The notes beneath the pieces are model-generated. The model worked only from the letters and a program-made list of their open reading frames with translations, searched no databases and was not told the DNA's origin. Position numbers and translations under genes: made by a program. Below, piece by piece: positions 55,735 to 64,000 of a stretch of 64,000 nt of DNA. This stretch comes from a virus. Position 1 is the first letter of the stretch, and each line of letters begins with the position of its first letter. The DNA is taken from positions 1 through 64,000 of IMG/VR virus record IMGVR_UViG_3300031772_000003; one strand, 5' to 3'.

Positions 55735-57201
55735 TCATGGTATGAAGGCCCCACCGGTTTGGATCACGATGCCGCGGATGTACATGTTGGCGTTGACGGG
55801 CTTCCTCGCGGCCCTGTACGCCATGCCCTTGCGGGCCAGAAGGTCATCGAGGATCACGGTGTTCGTGATGTACAGGGGCAGATAGGGGGCCCAAATGTAG
55901 CCGGTATCATTGAAGCCGCTGCCCTTGTAGCCCATCAAGAACTCGTTGCGGCTCGTCTCGCCGCCGTCGTTGCCGAAGCTGGGATCGCGGTAGATCGTCA
56001 GGTCCTCGACGGTGCCGATCTTGCGGACACCGGCCTCGTTGGAGGCACCGGCACCGCTCGACTTGAACCTGTTGAGGGTCTGGAGGATCTCGCAGAACCC
56101 AGGCCCGCCGACGACCCAGTTGGGCGTGACGCGCTGCGTCCGCTCATTGACGGCGATCTGGCCCTGAACCAGTGCGTCGTAGAGGCTTTCCTTGTGCCAA
56201 ATCCACGGCACGCCAAGCGGGGGAGTGCGGTCCCACGAGATGAGGCCGCTGGCCGCGATGGTCCGGAGGTGGCGGATGATCTCGTAGTTGACTTCCTTGG
56301 CGATCTCATTTCTCATGAAACTGACCGCCTCCATCTCCAACTTGAGGCCGTGGTACGCCTCGAAATCCTGGGCCGCTTCGATGCTGTACCTGCAACGCAG
56401 AGCCCATTTCCTGGCGGTCAGGGCCGCCGTGGTCATCTGGAGATCGATCTCGGGGGTATTGGCTTGGCCCTCGGAATTGAACTCGTAGTTGGCCACGACC
56501 GCGGTGCCCGCGTCAGGGGCGGTGGCGAACAGGAGGTCGTAGGCACCGGTCGCATAGTCAACGGTGTTGACCCCGAGGGGATCGACGGAGCCGATGAGGT
56601 GGCCATTGCCGTCATCCACGACTCTCCGGGTGCCGTCCCCGATGACGACGGTGGTGCCCCTCACCGGAACCAGGGCGAGGTTGCCGGTGAAGTGCGTTGC
56701 GGCACCGGTCCCGACCCCCCGCGGCTCATCCTTCACGCGCTCGCCGGTGTAGGTATACTCGGTCGAGGGGCCGCGCCGCACGTCGGACATCTTCGTGCCG
56801 CGCTGAATGCGGCCCTTGGTCGTGCCGTAGATGGGCTCGAAGAAGAACACGAGGCCGGTCGGGGCGTCGAGGGCTTGGACCGTCACCAACTCGGCGGCGA
56901 CGAGGTTGGCCATGTAAGCCCTGATGATCGGGAAGACGAACTTCTCGAAGCTGCCGACGCTGACGCTCGAAGTCGCCTCCTTGAGCTTGCGGATGTGACG
57001 CAGCGTGTTCTCGTACAAGCGTGCGAGATTGCAGCGCTTGTCCTCGTCCGCGATGCCCGCCAAGCAGTCGAGGATCTCGTCTCGGGCCTTGATGTCCCTG
57101 CCGGGCCGTTTCTTCCACGACTCCACGAGTTGGAAATCGGCGGCCCGCCGAGCCTCCCAACCCGCTTGAATATCGAGAATCGGGTTGTCCAGAGCGTCCA
57201 T
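55735..57201 (-). CDS. major capsid protein (T4 gp23-like)
   Basis: VQALDAPTGLVFF, YSIEAAQD..AYHG..E, LMGYKG..DTGYIWAPYLP; predicted maturation site LKE|A. Confidence 0.97.
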   Translation of the reverse strand: MDALDNPILDIQAGWEARRAADFQLVESWKKRPGRDIKARDEILDCLAGIADEDKRCNLARLYENTLRHIRKLKEATSSVSVGSFEKFVFPIIRAYMANLVAAELVTVQALDAPTGLVFFFEPIYGTTKGRIQRGTKMSDVRRGPSTEYTYTGERVKDEPRGVGTGAATHFTGNLALVPVRGTTVVIGDGTRRVVDDGNGHLIGSVDPLGVNTVDYATGAYDLLFATAPDAGTAVVANYEFNSEGQANTPEIDLQMTTAALTARKWALRCRYSIEAAQDFEAYHGLKLEMEAVSFMRNEIAKEVNYEIIRHLRTIAASGLISWDRTPPLGVPWIWHKESLYDALVQGQIAVNERTQRVTPNWVVGGPGFCEILQTLNRFKSSGAGASNEAGVRKIGTVEDLTIYRDPSFGNDGGETSRNEFLMGYKGSGFNDTGYIWAPYLPLYITNTVILDDLLARKGMAYRAARKPVNANMYIRGIVIQTGGAFIP

Positions 57202-57334
57202 GAAAGAACCTCCAGTGGTGCTGCTCCGGGGCAGCTACGTTTGACAGATCGTATCCGATCCGCTACGTCCATCCGCCGAAGGTCCTCCCCCAATGGGGGG
57301 AAGCTCCACAGGACTGACGCCTACGGAATCTCAC

Positions 57335-58861
57335 TCACTTGCCTTCGAGGCTAGACATGGCCTCCATGAGGGTCGGCACCCTGGCGGGCTTCACCTCTTC
57401 CACGACGGTCTTCGGCCCCTCTTTGGGGGCCTCCTTGGGATCAACGGCCTCCTTGATCGGCTTGGGGGCCGGCTTCGGGTCCGCTACGGGGGCGGGCTCG
57501 GGTGTCTCGGTGGGGGCCGGTGCCTCGTCTTCCATGAGCCTGGCCCGCAGCGCCCGCAGGAGGCGCAGCGACTCCGCGTACTTCGCCTCGGCGAGCCGAG
57601 CCCTCCGCTGCCACTTCACAGCGTCGGTGCGGAAATCCTCCGCGACGCGCTTCAGAGTGTCATAACGCTTCCCGCCCGCTCTGGCCTTGAGCTCATCGTT
57701 CTCGGCCTTGAGGGCCGCGACGCGCTCCGCAAGATGCACGGCGACCTCCGCGCCTGTTGCCGTCCCTGCCATTGCCGATCTCCTTGTCTCAGATTTGTGA
57801 CCGTCACCTACACTATACGCGCGAGCCTTGGAGCTCGGTTCCGGGGCTTTCGCTTCTACAAGCTTGGGGGCGGGGGGCTGTTTCGACTCCTTCGTCGGCT
57901 CTGCTTCCGCAGCCTCCTTCTCTTTGTGGGTCTTAGCGGCCTTATCCTCCTCCGGTTCTTTCTTGCCGCCGCCCACGAGGTCCGAGACTTTGCCGGCGAC
58001 GACCTTGCCGAGGGCCAGCAAACCCCCCCGCAGCTTCGAGCCATTGGGGCTATTGTCCGCGCCCAATCTGTCGAGAATGGTCATGACGCGGCTCAGAAGA
58101 TCGGCGAGAGGCCCAGCGGCCTTGCCGGTGTTGATCACGTCCTCAAGCTCGCGCACCAGGGCCTCAGCGGCGGTCACGGTCTCGGGGTCGACACCGTTGC
58201 CGCCTGGAGGCAGGGATCGCTCTTCAGGGGTTGGGGGCTCACCCGCGATCTCGATACCGCCCGCGGCGGGGATCTCACCGGCCTGCTCGCGGAGCCTATG
58301 GAGCGCTGCCATGACCGACTGGTCCGTCACGTAATCCCAAGTGGTGAGTTGGAAGTCGTCCTTCACGTCCTCGCAACCGTCGCCGCCGGGCATCGTTTCG
58401 CCGTCACCCCGTGAAGAGCATCCTACAGCGCATCCGCACCTGAGAAACTCCTCCAGCGTCAAGCCCTCATGGGTACGGAATACCAGGATGTCGCCCACGA
58501 CATAGTCACCGGGCTCGACCCCGGATTTGTGGCCGGGACCAACTGCCTCGATATGCACGGCCTCGATGAGGTGGCTGCCCTTGGAGAGGTCAGAGGTCCC
58601 GCTCGCGGGATGCTCCAACTGGCCAATGACGCGGCGCTCCGCGAGCCGACGCATAAAGGGGCTATCGGCCTTGAAGTTGTTCTCCCATACGCTGCGGCCA
58701 TAGCGCCGCTTATTGGCGTTGGGCTTGCCCACGGCTTGGAGGATCTGGTTCTTGAGCCGGAGCCTGGGAACGCCGTCGCCGAAGGCGGAGCGATCCCACT
58801 CCATCTGGACCGGCTTAGCGAAGAATGGGGCAGTACGCTCGGTAATTATTCCGCGTGGCAT
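57335..58861 (-). CDS. prohead protease (T4 gp21-like) fused to a scaffold-like domain
   Basis: NANKRRY, GQLEHP, SH, GCSSRGDG, WDYVTDQS; C-terminal coiled coil. Confidence 0.92.
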   Translation of the reverse strand: MPRGIITERTAPFFAKPVQMEWDRSAFGDGVPRLRLKNQILQAVGKPNANKRRYGRSVWENNFKADSPFMRRLAERRVIGQLEHPASGTSDLSKGSHLIEAVHIEAVGPGHKSGVEPGDYVVGDILVFRTHEGLTLEEFLRCGCAVGCSSRGDGETMPGGDGCEDVKDDFQLTTWDYVTDQSVMAALHRLREQAGEIPAAGGIEIAGEPPTPEERSLPPGGNGVDPETVTAAEALVRELEDVINTGKAAGPLADLLSRVMTILDRLGADNSPNGSKLRGGLLALGKVVAGKVSDLVGGGKKEPEEDKAAKTHKEKEAAEAEPTKESKQPPAPKLVEAKAPEPSSKARAYSVGDGHKSETRRSAMAGTATGAEVAVHLAERVAALKAENDELKARAGGKRYDTLKRVAEDFRTDAVKWQRRARLAEAKYAESLRLLRALRARLMEDEAPAPTETPEPAPVADPKPAPKPIKEAVDPKEAPKEGPKTVVEEVKPARVPTLMEAMSSLEGK

Positions 58862-59111
58862 TCGGCAGGTCCTCCGGTGAGATCCACTCGTGCGTATGCT
58901 CCTGGGGATCATACGCCACGGTGTAGAAGTTCCAAACATAGTCTACTGTGAAACCGGGATCGACGTTTCCAAGACTCCACAGCCAAGCCACGAGATCGTC
59001 GGGCACAAGGTCGTAGCTCGACCCGTCGGGGAGCCAGACCGTGATGGCCCTGCCGCCGTGCCTACGGGTGAGGTACAGCGTCCCCGACAGCGCCACGTCT
59101 CGGGGCGGCAT
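58815..59111 (-). CDS. hypothetical protein
   Basis: Globular C-terminal part of ORF 58815..59480. Confidence 0.55.
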   Translation of the reverse strand: MPPRDVALSGTLYLTRRHGGRAITVWLPDGSSYDLVPDDLVAWLWSLGNVDPGFTVDYVWNFYTVAYDPQEHTHEWISPEDLPNATRNNYRAYCPILR

Positions 59112-59823
59112 GATCGGGATCGGTGCCAAAGACCGCCTCCTCGTACAAGGCTGTGAGAGCCGCGGCTTCATCCACCCTTCCCATCTTCGGCTCCCTGCAC
59201 TTGGGGCACACCGGGGTCTGGCCGATTGGAGCGAGGACGGTGGTGCCGCAGTTGGGGCAGACCCACCGCTTCTGATTCGATACCGCATTGGCGTTGGGTA
59301 TGGGTGCGACCTCGGCCACAGCGGCCTCACAGAGAGCCTCCGGGGGCATGCCTGCGAGGAGCAGATCGAACGATTCGAGGCCAAGCCGCTTCTTGACGAC
59401 GCCCATGATGTAGGCCCACTTATCCCCAACCTTGGCCTTCTTCTGTGCAGGCAGGCCATCGTACCGTTTCGCCGTCTCATCCCAATACCGCTTCACCACG
59501 GGCAGGGACTTACCCGCATCCTTGGCGAGGCTGCGGACGTTGGCGGGGGGGCTGAGGCCCTTGCGCTTCTTCTTGGCTTCACTGGGCCCAGCAGGCTCTA
59601 GTTCCCTATCGAGGGCGGAGCAGCGCCAATCCACCCCATTGAGTACCACATCGACACAGTTGAAATTGCCCCCACGTCCTCTGACTGGGGGTACATCGAC
59701 CGCTCCTATGATACCTGCCATACCCGCAGGGAGAATCACGGATGGCCGCCCCGCGTACCCAGAGTAGTAGGGTACACGATCTATTCGCAGCCGAACGCGA
59801 TCTCCGACTCTGAACTTACTCAT
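59062..59823 (-). CDS. multi-module putative head-associated protein
   Basis: KFRVGDRV module, basic helical module and a CPNC/CPKC Zn ribbon. Confidence 0.6.
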   Translation of the reverse strand: MSKFRVGDRVRLRIDRVPYYSGYAGRPSVILPAGMAGIIGAVDVPPVRGRGGNFNCVDVVLNGVDWRCSALDRELEPAGPSEAKKKRKGLSPPANVRSLAKDAGKSLPVVKRYWDETAKRYDGLPAQKKAKVGDKWAYIMGVVKKRLGLESFDLLLAGMPPEALCEAAVAEVAPIPNANAVSNQKRWVCPNCGTTVLAPIGQTPVCPKCREPKMGRVDEAAALTALYEEAVFGTDPDHAAPRRGAVGDAVPHP

Positions 59824-59830
59824 TCGTTCC

Positions 59831-60223
59831 TCACGACCCCACAATACCTTCGCGGGGGTGTTCGGGGTACTGGACACGGGTGATCCATACGTTCCCCGTT
59901 GCCTCCGCGGGGGTGCCGGGCATGGCGGTTCCCGTTGCCACCTCAATGCCTACGTACTTCCGGGCCGAGGTGGTGAGAATGGCTACGCGGGCATGCCCCA
60001 CAAGCGTCATTTGGAGCAGACCTGATGCGGCAGTTGTGGAGAATGGTAGGTCATCCCATGTCCCCGTTGCTCCCGTGTCACTATCGCCAAGGGCGAATGT
60101 GACAGGCGTAGCGTCTTTGTTCTGAATGAACAGGGCGACCCCACTGACATCGAATGGGTAGTCATAAGGCCAGATGTAGTCACCATGGACGTGGATGAGT
60201 TCACGAGAAGTTGGCAGATTCAT
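59831..60223 (-). CDS. hypothetical virion protein
   Basis: GAGG RBS; beta-rich; truncated paralog at 61036..61200. Confidence 0.7.
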   Translation of the reverse strand: MNLPTSRELIHVHGDYIWPYDYPFDVSGVALFIQNKDATPVTFALGDSDTGATGTWDDLPFSTTAASGLLQMTLVGHARVAILTTSARKYVGIEVATGTAMPGTPAEATGNVWITRVQYPEHPREGIVGS

Positions 60224-60231
60224 CGGTTACC

Positions 60232-61023
60232 TCACTGTTCGTAAGTATTAGACCAAAGCTCCTGTCCATCAGGACCGGAGACTCGAATGAGCGCACTGGA
60301 CCCATCCTCTGAGCCGATGACATCAATCTCAAGGCAGTCCGCCACACCACCCCTATCACGGGCTTTCACCCGAATAGTCATCTGTCCCGACCTGCTTCTA
60401 GGTCCTGTAGCAGCCTTACGCTGCCCATCTACGTCTACAGTGACCCAAGCTGGGCGGACAAACTGGATTTCTGTGAGAGGCTCTTGTTCATCAAGCCCCG
60501 TCTCTTGATCCTTATCTGTCACCCTGAGCATAGGGGGGCGTTTGATACAGAGGACATGATCAACGGCTTCTTCGATAGGGTCATGACGCATTGACATTCC
60601 CTCTTTGGGTTTTCTACCGAACGGGTGAATGAAGTCCCTACTGGCGGGGCAGGGGATGTCACTTGCATGGTACTTGGCGTGCGGGGGTGCCATGCCCCAC
60701 TTATTGAGGTGGATCGTCTGCCCGCACTCCGGGCACTTGATCCATTCCCCGTCAGCGCTCCGGCGCTCCATGGCTTCTTCGATGGGGTCTTTACGGCTTT
60801 GCATTGGACTAGACTCCCCGACACCACGGCGTCTCCCTGCCTTACTGGGGCGGGAGAACACGAGTAAGTCCGGCGACGACTGCTCTATTTTCCACCCCGC
60901 TGCTTGGAGCCGCTCCGCTTCATCGAAGCCCTGTGACGTTCGGAGGTCAACCCTGCGATACTCGTAATCGCCGGGCATCCTGGGATAGCTGGGGTCCATT
61001 TCTTCAATTGGGTCACGAGGCAT
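60232..61023 (-). CDS. putative internal head protein with three DPIEE-led modules
   Basis: MPRDPIEE / RKDPIEEA / RHDPIEEAVDHVL; last module is a paralog of 61197..61538. Confidence 0.7.
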   Translation of the reverse strand: MPRDPIEEMDPSYPRMPGDYEYRRVDLRTSQGFDEAERLQAAGWKIEQSSPDLLVFSRPSKAGRRRGVGESSPMQSRKDPIEEAMERRSADGEWIKCPECGQTIHLNKWGMAPPHAKYHASDIPCPASRDFIHPFGRKPKEGMSMRHDPIEEAVDHVLCIKRPPMLRVTDKDQETGLDEQEPLTEIQFVRPAWVTVDVDGQRKAATGPRSRSGQMTIRVKARDRGGVADCLEIDVIGSEDGSSALIRVSGPDGQELWSNTYEQ

Positions 61024-61035
61024 CCGAAAGACTCC

Positions 61036-61200
61036 CTAATCAAAGTACTTACTAACCACATTGCCAAGAGCGAAGGTGACGGGAGTAGCATCCTTGTTCT
61101 GAATGAACAAGGCAACCCCACTGGCATCGAATGGATAATCATAAGGCCAGATGTGGCTGCCGTGGACGTGGACTTGATCACGAAGGGTTGGCTGGTTCAT
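61036..61200 (-). pseudogene. truncated duplicate of 59831..60223
   Basis: Shares HVHG..IWPYDYPFD.SGVALFIQNKDATPVTFALG, then stops after 54 aa. Confidence 0.75.
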
Positions 61201-61538
61201 TGCTCGTAAGTCTCCGACCAAATGACATTGTTGTCGGGCCCGACGACTTGGACCTCGGTCGTCTCCCTGTCGGCGTTGACGAAGACGTTGAGGCACTGCT
61301 CGATCTGGCCGCGGTTGCGGACCTGAAGACTGATGCCCATTTCGCCCTCGCGCCCTCCGGGACCCGTGGCGCATCTTTGGACCCCATCGGCGACGACGGT
61401 AACCCATGCGGGCCTCACCGCCTCGTCAAGTGGCCCAAGTCCCGTCTCCTGATCCCCCTCACGGACACGGAGCATGTGGGGGCTTCGGATACCCAGCACA
61501 CGGTCAACGGCTTCCTCAATCCAGTCACGCTTTGACAT
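61197..61538 (-). CDS. putative internal head protein
   Basis: DWIEEAVDRVL leader; RPAWVTV..DG...ATGP..R.G.M.I domain. Confidence 0.7.
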   Translation of the reverse strand: MSKRDWIEEAVDRVLGIRSPHMLRVREGDQETGLGPLDEAVRPAWVTVVADGVQRCATGPGGREGEMGISLQVRNRGQIEQCLNVFVNADRETTEVQVVGPDNNVIWSETYEQ

Positions 61539-61556
61539 TGCTCTCTCTCTCTTCGG

Positions 61557-63455
61557 TTACCGGAAGTACTTGGCGATGACGGTCCCGATCTTCGCCACGT
61601 CCGTGGGCTCAGGGGTCGGCATTGGAGGCATCGGCTCGGGGGCCGGTTCCCTATGGGGGGGTGGGGCCACCGGGCTGGGCGGCATCGGGGGCATAGGCGG
61701 CATCGCCTCGTCCTCAATCTCCTCCTCCCCCTTCGGGGGAGGAGAGCCCGCGGCTAGAGCAGCGGGGAGTGAATCGGAGAGGTCGGACTCGAATCCCTCG
61801 TCCGCGGCGGCCTGAAGCGCCTTGGACAAGGCGTCGAGCTTCAGCACGATCTCCTCGCCCTTCTTGGTCGTGATCTTCAATGCCCCTGCATCCTGGAGGC
61901 CGCCCACGAGTTTGCCAAGATCGCCCTTGAGCCCAAGCTCCTCATGGGCAGACTGGAGTTTGGTGTTGAAGTCAGCAAAGGAGCCGCACCATGTCTTGGT
62001 CTCGGCTTCTACTAGCCCCTCGCCCAGGTGACGGACGGTGACGATGCACCAACGGAGGGGGCCACGTATTAGACCAACAACCGTCTCTCCTCGGGATACG
62101 ACCGTAGTGCCCCATGCACCCCCCGCAGATTTGGTTTGAAACCCCTTATCCCGAAGGGCGTCAATCGCATCCTCCACGTCCAAGTGGACCTTGAAGTAGT
62201 CACTGCCGCCCTCGTGGATTTCAACTCCCATTCCCTGGAACAAGTACCGAGCGGACTTGAGCGAATCCACCTGCCCCGCTGAAACCGGGAGTGCCTCGTT
62301 GCAGGACTCAGTGATGGCGGGACCCCAGAGGTCATCGGCATTGCAGGCAGCCGCGGCGTTGCAGATGGAGCATTGGGATTCCGTAATCCCCTGCCGCTCG
62401 ACCCACCTGCCGAGCTTGTGGCCGTGCGCCGCAGCAACAGCCTCAGCAACGGAGAGGAGAGATTCGGTGAGGGGGTTATCAGCAGCATGGGACACCACCG
62501 CCTCACCCGTATGTTTCAGCGGGATTCCTTGTGCCTGTTTGTTACGGCATTGGTTGCAGAGCCCTTTGCCAGCGCATACGAGGCAACCCGGCACCCCACA
62601 AGTACTGCCACAACCGGGGCAGCCCCGCTTGCGCTCAGTCAGCCTTCCCTCCGGCACCGTGACGTTGCAGAAGTAGCAGTAGTTCGTGGGATCGAGGGGG
62701 CCGCTGCACGTGGGGCAGAGCCGTGCCGCTTTGGATTCGCGGCGCAGTGGCCGTGGGGGGCCCAACCGATCGGGACCAATCTGTGTGGTGATGAGGCGCA
62801 GGATCGCAATGGTCGCCGCCTTGGGGTCCATGCGGCCCTCGGCCACGGCATGGACGATGGGGCCGATCTTGTCCTCCATAGGGCCGTCTTCAGTGAGCCT
62901 GTTGTCCGGGACGTCTTCCTTGCAGAGGATGCAGCGGTTGGCGACCATCGGGGACTTGCAGTTGGGGCAGAGGTGGGCGGCCTGGGACTCTCCAAGGAGC
63001 CTGCCCACGGCCTGCTCCAAGTCCTCGCCCCGCTCCACGGCGGCGATGGCCTCGGCCACAATGCCCTCGGCGCTCTCATCGAGGGGTACGACATCGGTGC
63101 TGCTGCACCGCGCGCACTTCCCGGCTTCACCCAACCACTTGGCCCCACACTTCTGGCAGCCTGCAGCCAACGGGGGCTTCGCCCCGACCGGAGCCGGGGG
63201 CGAGGAGGGGAGACCCCCGGCTGCCGGTGGGGCCGGGGCCACGGGCCCCGTCGGTGGACGGCCTGGGACGCGGGGCCGAGGGGGCCTGCCTGCACCCTCG
63301 GGCTCCTCGGCACCCGCCTCTGGCGGTGCGAGTATGGCGGTGAGGTTGAACTTGGTCCCGCACTTGGGGCACACCAGAGTCGCCGCCTCCGTGAGGTCGA
63401 AGGCGTCGAATGGGGACGCGACGTTGCAGTGCGGGCAGGCCACGGCTGGACTCAT
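61557..63455 (-). CDS. multi-Zn-ribbon polyprotein-like head protein
   Basis: At least 5 Cys-cluster modules separated by (L/I)xE sites; Pro-rich linkers. Confidence 0.7.
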   Translation of the reverse strand: MSPAVACPHCNVASPFDAFDLTEAATLVCPKCGTKFNLTAILAPPEAGAEEPEGAGRPPRPRVPGRPPTGPVAPAPPAAGGLPSSPPAPVGAKPPLAAGCQKCGAKWLGEAGKCARCSSTDVVPLDESAEGIVAEAIAAVERGEDLEQAVGRLLGESQAAHLCPNCKSPMVANRCILCKEDVPDNRLTEDGPMEDKIGPIVHAVAEGRMDPKAATIAILRLITTQIGPDRLGPPRPLRRESKAARLCPTCSGPLDPTNYCYFCNVTVPEGRLTERKRGCPGCGSTCGVPGCLVCAGKGLCNQCRNKQAQGIPLKHTGEAVVSHAADNPLTESLLSVAEAVAAAHGHKLGRWVERQGITESQCSICNAAAACNADDLWGPAITESCNEALPVSAGQVDSLKSARYLFQGMGVEIHEGGSDYFKVHLDVEDAIDALRDKGFQTKSAGGAWGTTVVSRGETVVGLIRGPLRWCIVTVRHLGEGLVEAETKTWCGSFADFNTKLQSAHEELGLKGDLGKLVGGLQDAGALKITTKKGEEIVLKLDALSKALQAAADEGFESDLSDSLPAALAAGSPPPKGEEEIEDEAMPPMPPMPPSPVAPPPHREPAPEPMPPMPTPEPTDVAKIGTVIAKYFR

Positions 63456-63465
63456 CAGCAAACTC

Positions 63466-63699
63466 CTAGCTTTCCCACTGACTCGATGGGCCGTAGGGCA
63501 GGGCCTCACGGGCATGAATGAGGTTGGAGCGGAACTCTCGCATTGCCATTGACATCGTGCTGTCACCCGCCGCGGTCTCGTAGACGTAGGTGCGGTCGAT
63601 CAAGAATGAGAGGGTACGGCGGACGCATGCCAAGTCCTCATCGGGTACATCCGCTTCACTGAGCAGATGATCCACGGCTTCCTCGATGAGGTCTCGCAT
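63466..63699 (-). CDS. small putative internal head protein
   Basis: MRDLIEEAVDHLLSEA leader; AGGAG RBS. Confidence 0.6.
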   Translation of the reverse strand: MRDLIEEAVDHLLSEADVPDEDLACVRRTLSFLIDRTYVYETAAGDSTMSMAMREFRSNLIHAREALPYGPSSQWES

Positions 63700-64000
63700 C
63701 AGATCACTCCTGGCTCGGCGTCGCCGGCCATCGGCACCTCGATGTCCACGAGCCCCATAGGCTCCACGGCCTGGGGAACATTGGATGTCTTGGTCAGGGT
63801 CAGGGCCCACCCCGTCTTTTCCTCCCCACCGGTCTGGGCCGCCTGGACATCGAAGCCTCTGGTCTTAGCATACTGGGAGAGGGTGTCAAGGACGCTTTGT
63901 GACACATCGGGGTAGAAGTAGAGGACGATGACGGAGTTATCGACGCTGAGGTCAGCCCCCGCATATTGGGGCAGGACGCGGAGGCCGTTGATATGCAGCA
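63699..64000 (-). CDS. hypothetical protein (5' end outside window)
   Basis: Frame open from 63699 to the window end. Confidence 0.6.
   Translation of the reverse strand, partial: LHINGLRVLPQYAGADLSVDNSVIVLYFYPDVSQSVLDTLSQYAKTRGFDVQAAQTGGEEKTGWALTLTKTSNVPQAVEPMGLVDIEVPMAGDAEPGVI

Noticed and set aside
55654-57354. Long plus-strand ORFs (for example 55654..57354, 48281..49528, 62373..63521)
   Set aside because: They lie antisense to clearly identified minus-strand genes, as expected in high-GC DNA.

Overview
This 64-kb window is part of a large, GC-rich tailed phage genome with a contractile tail and T4-like morphogenesis genes. Essentially all credible genes lie on the minus strand. From high to low coordinates (transcription order) it holds: (1) small probable internal-head genes, a prohead protease/scaffold and the major capsid protein (55.7-64 kb); (2) neck, sheath, tube, tape-measure and baseplate genes (35-53 kb); (3) a modification island with several glycosyltransferases, a methyltransferase and two radical SAM enzymes (21-35 kb); (4) an accessory block with a sigma factor, a Ycf46-like AAA ATPase cluster, a vWA protein, a PurA-like enzyme and an HNH nuclease, marked by a repeated 17-bp upstream motif (9-20 kb); and (5) replication genes (SF2 helicase, DnaB-like helicase, primase) flanked by two paralogous LRR-like repeat genes. 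Three inteins are present. The most unusual signals are: (a) a circularly permuted tRNA-Gly-like RNA in the 3' UTR of a conserved coiled-coil gene; (b) ranthipeptide-precursor-like CxxxC arrays fused to two baseplate proteins, together with a phage-encoded radical SAM/SPASM maturase-like enzyme, suggesting RiPP-style cross-linking of the virion; (c) a shared N-terminal tag plus LxE sites that suggest a protease-processed capsid cargo system; and (d) LRR-like repeats whose variable codons are all A-substituted forms of AAC/AGC. All family calls come from motif recognition by eye; no database search was run.
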